This document shows, piece by piece, positions 28,537 to 32,142 of a stretch of 32,142 nucleotides of DNA. This DNA is from Bdellovibrionales bacterium (GTDB taxonomy: Bacteria > Bdellovibrionota_G > JALEGL01 > JAGRMV01): NCBI GenBank assembly GCA_020434345.1, contig JAGRAZ010000016.1, forward strand, positions 1-32,142. Reading direction: 5' to 3'. The translations under genes and the position numbers were made by a program. The stretch's first letter is position 1, and each line of letters opens with the position of its first letter. The notes beneath the pieces are model-generated. The model saw only the letters and a program-made list of their open reading frames with translations, ran no database searches and was not told the origin of the DNA.

Positions 28537-29312
28537 GAAACCTGTTGATTGTCTTTTTACTTATGATTTGGGGTGTTTGTTTTGCAACAAGCACCCCATT
28601 ATCGGTGATGCTTCCTCCAGGTCAATATCGACCACTGTTAAAAGTTACAGAAGATTCATCAAAGCGAATAAAGGTAGAATCGTTTAAGATGGATAAGTAT
28701 CCAGTTACCAATAAAGATTTTGTATCGTTTGTAAAAAATAATCCAAAATGGAAAAAATCAAATGTTCCAAGTTTATTTGCGGGCAGTGAGTATCTCAAAT
28801 TATGGAAAGACGACGTAACCCTTGGTAAAAAGGCACCTGAAGATGCTCCTGTTGTTTTTATTTCGTGGTTTGCAGCCAAAGCTTATTGCGAATCAAAAGG
28901 AAAAACACTTCCCACAGAAGCGCAGTGGGAATATGCTGCCGCAGCCAGCCCAACAAAAAAATTTGCCGCTTATGAAGATGCCTCTTTTCAAAAGAAAATT
29001 TTAGAGTGGTATGGAAACCCCACCAGTCACCCTTTAGGTGCTGTCGGTAAAAATGATGCAAATATATATGGCATATATGATTTGCACGAACGTGTTTGGG
29101 AATGGGTTTTAGATTTCAACAATGGTTTGGTCACAGGTGAATCTAGGGGAGATCGAACCTTAGATCAAAAAATGTTCTGTGGTTCTGGTGCGTCTGGTTC
29201 TGTGGATCCTGGCGATTATGCTACATTTATGCGCTATGCTTTTCGGAGCAGTTTAAAAGCAAATTATACCGTATCTAATCTTGGTTTCCGGTGTGCAAAG
29301 GAGTTAGAATGA
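28533..29312 (+). CDS. nirV: NirV, a formylglycine-generating-enzyme (SUMF1/FGE) domain protein commonly encoded downstream of nirK.
   Basis: Signal peptide, [11 protein letters not shown] and W/G-rich FGE-sulfatase-domain blocks. Its start ATGA-overlaps the nirK stop. Confidence 0.75.
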   Translation: MRNLLIVFLLMIWGVCFATSTPLSVMLPPGQYRPLLKVTEDSSKRIKVESFKMDKYPVTNKDFVSFVKNNPKWKKSNVPSLFAGSEYLKLWKDDVTLGKKAPEDAPVVFISWFAAKAYCESKGKTLPTEAQWEYAAAASPTKKFAAYEDASFQKKILEWYGNPTSHPLGAVGKNDANIYGIYDLHERVWEWVLDFNNGLVTGESRGDRTLDQKMFCGSGASGSVDPGDYATFMRYAFRSSLKANYTVSNLGFRCAKELE

Positions 29313-29875
29313 ATTACTACATATTTGGTTTTTTTTTGGTTTTATTTGTTACAGGAGGAATTGCGACTGCAGAAACGCATAAACTCCCTGAAAATTCCAT
29401 GTATCACCTTGATTCCAAATGGAAAACCGAAGATGGAAACGTAATATCTCTGTCGGACTTGCAAGGTGATACGCATATAATGACAATGGTTTTTACCAGT
29501 TGTGAGTACGCATGCCCTATGATTATCAGTGACATTCATAAGATTACCAAAGGACTTCCTAAAAAAATCCAAAAAAAAGTACGCATTTCTCTTTTTTCTT
29601 TTGATCCGGAAAAAGACACACCAGGTGTCCTTAAAAAATTTAGTACCAAGCATATGCTAGGCAGCAACTGGAACATGTACACCAGTGACGAAAGTACAGT
29701 AAGGGAGCTGGCAGCTGTTCTTGGGGTGAAATATAAAAAAATGGAAAATGGCATGTTTGGCCATTCCAATGTGATCAGTATAGTAGATTCCAATGGTGTT
29801 ATTGTGCACCAACAAAATGGGCTATATGCAGATCCTGCACCGGCCATTCATAAAATAAAAGAGCAATTTGAATGA
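29309..29875 (+). CDS. SCO1/SenC-family copper chaperone (thioredoxin fold).
   Basis: CEYACP (CxxxCP) plus a downstream conserved His (FGHSNVISIVD) and an N-terminal TM anchor. AAGGAG RBS, start overlapping the nirV stop. Confidence 0.75.
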   Translation: MNYYIFGFFLVLFVTGGIATAETHKLPENSMYHLDSKWKTEDGNVISLSDLQGDTHIMTMVFTSCEYACPMIISDIHKITKGLPKKIQKKVRISLFSFDPEKDTPGVLKKFSTKHMLGSNWNMYTSDESTVRELAAVLGVKYKKMENGMFGHSNVISIVDSNGVIVHQQNGLYADPAPAIHKIKEQFE

Positions 29876-31044
29876 TCCAAAGAAAAACACATCCGTTTTG
29901 GTCAGTAGGCTTTAGACCTTTCTTCTTTCTTGCGATAGTACAAACCCTTGTCGCTAGCTGTTGTTGGACACTGCACTATCTTGGGTGGCTTGATATTGAG
30001 ATACCCGTAGGTTCAAACTTTGTGTGGCATGCGGCAACCATGTTGTATGGGTTTGTAATCAGTGTTTTTATAGGCTTTTTACTAACAGCCACCGCAAAAT
30101 GGACAAATACACCCCCGCTTTCAGGAAACAAACTTAAAGCTTTTTTCATATTCTTTGCAATTGCCCAGGTGATGTGGTTTTTTCCGATGGTTTTTCCTAA
30201 ATTTGTTTACCAAGCATTTTTTTTGGCTGTGTATATATTTTTACCCTTATTTTTAATCAGGTTATTTCTACGAACGAAACACTATCGAAATATGTTTATC
30301 GTTATTCCCGTTGGATTGATGTGCATTGGTGCAGTGTTTATGTTTGCTCAAAACGTTGCTACAGCTAATCTATGGGTAGGGCTTACGCTGGGCGCTATGC
30401 GTGCCATGCTAGTGGTCATTTCAGGGAGGGTATTGCCCTTTTTCTCTAAAATGGCATTGGACATCAATGTACAAGCGGTGAACCCGAAAGCGGAAGTTTT
30501 TCTTTTACTGACAATGATGGCGCTTATCTTTGAGCCACTGTACCAGTATTTGGATCCATATGGATCTGCGTTATGGCTTGTGCTTACCACATTTGCATTG
30601 GTATTAAACTTATATAGACTATGGAAATGGCCCATACGTAAGTCTTTTTCCATTCCTATCTTGTCCATTCTTTTTATCGGATACCTATGGATACCAATAC
30701 ATTTCGCACTAAATATCGCATCACACTTACATTTCGTATCACAGCTGGGACAACCTTCAGTGCATGCGCTTACTTATGGTGCAATGGGCATTATGATTGT
30801 CGCAATGATAAGTCGAGTATCCCTTGGACACACAGGCAGAAAAATTCAAGCAACAACCATGATGAAAACGGCATATGGTATCATCGTTTTTGGCGCATTT
30901 TCCCGTGTGTTTGGTCCCATCTTATTTCCTGCAGGTTATATCAGCTGGATAGGTCTTACTGGACTTATGTGGTTTGTTTCTTTTGCACTACTTGCAATCG
31001 AAATATTCCCAATGCTACTTAAACCAAGACCAGACGAAATGTAG
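29872..31044 (+). CDS. nnrS: NnrS-family haem-copper membrane protein (NO-stress response).
   Basis: 390 aa, ~12 TM segments and conserved His-rich helices. The position after nirK-nirV-sco is typical for nnrS. Confidence 0.8.
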   Translation: MIQRKTHPFWSVGFRPFFFLAIVQTLVASCCWTLHYLGWLDIEIPVGSNFVWHAATMLYGFVISVFIGFLLTATAKWTNTPPLSGNKLKAFFIFFAIAQVMWFFPMVFPKFVYQAFFLAVYIFLPLFLIRLFLRTKHYRNMFIVIPVGLMCIGAVFMFAQNVATANLWVGLTLGAMRAMLVVISGRVLPFFSKMALDINVQAVNPKAEVFLLLTMMALIFEPLYQYLDPYGSALWLVLTTFALVLNLYRLWKWPIRKSFSIPILSILFIGYLWIPIHFALNIASHLHFVSQLGQPSVHALTYGAMGIMIVAMISRVSLGHTGRKIQATTMMKTAYGIIVFGAFSRVFGPILFPAGYISWIGLTGLMWFVSFALLAIEIFPMLLKPRPDEM

Positions 31045-31172
31045 GTCAGTCAAAGGTATAACTCAAAAGGGAAATTTAACCAAATTCTAGGGTTTTTACT
31101 AGAAATTCATATGTTTCCAACAAACGACCTTCTACATTCCTACTATCTTCAGCAGATAGTAAAAAAACCAAG

Positions 31173-31213
31173 AAAAACCCTGCATACATATCTATGCGTT
31201 ATGCAGGTTTTGG
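31173..31213. terminator. Bidirectional intrinsic terminator between convergent nnrS and the HiPIP gene.
   Basis: AAAAA-CCTGCATA-(13-nt loop)-TATGCAGG-TTTT forms an 8-bp stem with A-run and T-run flanks. It overlaps the HiPIP stop codon. Confidence 0.5.
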
Positions 31214-31573
31214 TGCCCAAGATTTACACCAGCCATCTGCGTGAACCATCCCTTTTTTGGGTAGCAATTGACAAGGTCCGTACGATTTTCCATCTTCCGC
31301 GATATAAAACATACAATTATGGCAATATTGGTCCATACCTTTGACACCACTTTTTTCAACGCGCATTTCTGAAGATGCAGAAGAAGCATCTGCTACATAT
31401 GCCAAATTCTTGGCCATCGGATCATCTTCAGACACGAAAGTAACGCTGCTAGATGTATCTGGTTCCTTTGGTTTTTCCTCTACTTCAGGGTGTTTTTTAT
31501 CATTGGTACACGCTGCAATTGCAACGATTGGCAGCGCGATAAAGGTTTTTTGTAAAAATTCTCTTCTATTCAT
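31199..31573 (-). CDS. High-potential iron-sulfur protein (HiPIP) with a Tat signal.
   Basis: RREFLQK twin-arginine motif, then CHNC..Y ... GPCQLL ... GWCKSW four-Cys HiPIP signature. 124 aa. Confidence 0.8.
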   Translation of the reverse strand: MNRREFLQKTFIALPIVAIAACTNDKKHPEVEEKPKEPDTSSSVTFVSEDDPMAKNLAYVADASSASSEMRVEKSGVKGMDQYCHNCMFYIAEDGKSYGPCQLLPKKGMVHADGWCKSWAPKPA

Positions 31574-31632
31574 TTGTCTACTCCCAAAATCTTTATAAGG
31601 TTAATCTATCCAAGGATCAATCAATATCTGTT

Positions 31633-31683
31633 TTTGGAGCTGTACCAGATAACATATTTCTTGTTATCTGGTACAGCTCCAAA
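31633..31683. repeat. Perfect inverted repeat with 22-bp arms and a 7-nt loop (TTTGGAGCTGTACCAGATAACA-TATTTCT-TGTTATCTGGTACAGCTCCAAA), upstream of the HiPIP gene.
   Basis: Seen directly. It has no T-run on either side in terminator orientation and lies inside a 515-bp non-coding region. Confidence 0.6.
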
Positions 31684-31787
31684 CTTATACTCTTACACCT
31701 TTATTCTTACTACCCTTGAGATTTCATCTTTTCCTCAATCTGGTATGATGGGCTTCAACAGGTTGGGGCAGATCGAGGATCTAAGAG

Positions 31788-31810
31788 ATACGGGTAACTT
31801 TGCGGGTAAC
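31788..31810. repeat. Second GGGTAAC cluster (ATACGGGTAACT-TTG-CGGGTAAC), partner of the 22059-22116 cluster.
   Basis: It shares the exact 12-mer ATACGGGTAACT and the GCGGGTAAC motif with the cluster next to the int fragment. A CTAAG motif is also shared. Confidence 0.5.
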
Positions 31811-32088
31811 CTGTTTTAAGCGAAGTCTATATATCAATAATAACAAATAGATATATACCGAGTTAGAAAGCCTCATCCCGCCAGTCTTCGCTTCTTCAAA
31901 GCTACGACTGGCAGGCCTATGATCTACTGTTCAATTTTCTACATAACGTGTTCATTCTATTCTACGAAGACTAGTCCGGCATAGCCCTTAAGGCGACGAC
32001 GGACATGAACTCAACCCAGTATTCATGTATACCGGTCGCCTTGTCTACAAGAATTCCGATGAAGACCAAAATCTGATACATAAAACCC

Positions 32089-32142
32089 CATGACAACCCA
32101 ACCCATAACGCTCATTACCGGTGCTTCCAGTGGCATCGGGGT
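32089..32142 (+). CDS. Short-chain dehydrogenase/reductase (SDR), 5' end only, truncated by the window edge.
   Basis: MTTQPITLITGASSGIG is the canonical SDR TGxxxGIG N-terminus. Confidence 0.6.

Noticed and set aside
31574-31819. 81-aa ORF in the HiPIP-SDR gap.
   Set aside because: It spans the 22-bp palindrome and low-complexity sequence, has no RBS, and is more plausibly non-coding island-end DNA.
1-32142. CRISPR arrays, rRNA genes, intact IS elements, complete toxin-antitoxin pairs or defence islands.
   Set aside because: No regularly spaced short repeats, no rRNA-like conserved blocks, no transposase-like ORF and no terminal inverted repeats bounding a transposase were seen. The only mobile-element signal is the tRNA-linked integrase scar and island.

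Overview
This is an AT-rich bacterial chromosomal window, read by eye and not measured. Its gene content is reminiscent of Bdellovibrio-like Gram-negative organisms: tandem OppA lipoproteins, a type-2 IleRS, qNor and a cytochrome-c-fused NirK. That is a guess only.

Gene layout from left to right:
- 1-240: a tandem ~128-bp duplicated element cut by the window edge.
- 251-8205 (-): an oligopeptide ABC importer operon, oppA-oppA'-oppB-oppC-oppD-oppF. A fossil copy of the oppA' 3' tail lies between the two oppA genes.
- 8268-12003: a PaaI-type thioesterase (-), a 7Fe ferredoxin (+) with a clean intrinsic terminator, and aminopeptidase N (+).
- 12182-15322 (-): isoleucyl-tRNA synthetase of the eukaryote-like type 2.
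- 15421-21791: small housekeeping and unknown genes. These are a periplasmic HMA copper chaperone, a 2OG-Fe(II) oxygenase, a 503-aa acidic lipoprotein, a DapA-family aldolase, a secreted single-CXXCH protein, an SPFH/band-7 protein and an Fcy1-like cytosine deaminase.
- 21857-21946 (+): tRNA-Ser(UGA).

The main feature begins immediately 3' of the tRNA. A decayed P4-type integrase gene sits between a perfect 17-bp duplication of the tRNA 3' end (attL/attR-like). Everything from there to about 31.9 kb looks like a tRNA-anchored genomic island. Its cargo is a complete NO-detoxification and nitrite-reduction module:
- a qNor operon: qNor, a DUF4149-like membrane protein, a truncated haemoglobin, a YeaR/DUF1971 protein and a frameshifted hemerythrin-like gene;
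- a divergent nsrR-nirK(cyt c fusion)-nirV-sco1-nnrS operon with a palindromic candidate NsrR operator in the shared promoter;
- a convergent Tat-exported HiPIP.

GGGTAAC direct-repeat clusters lie near both island ends. A degenerate third copy of the tRNA 3' end and a perfect 22-bp-arm palindrome lie near the right end. An SDR gene starts at the window edge. No CRISPR array, rRNA or intact IS element was seen.
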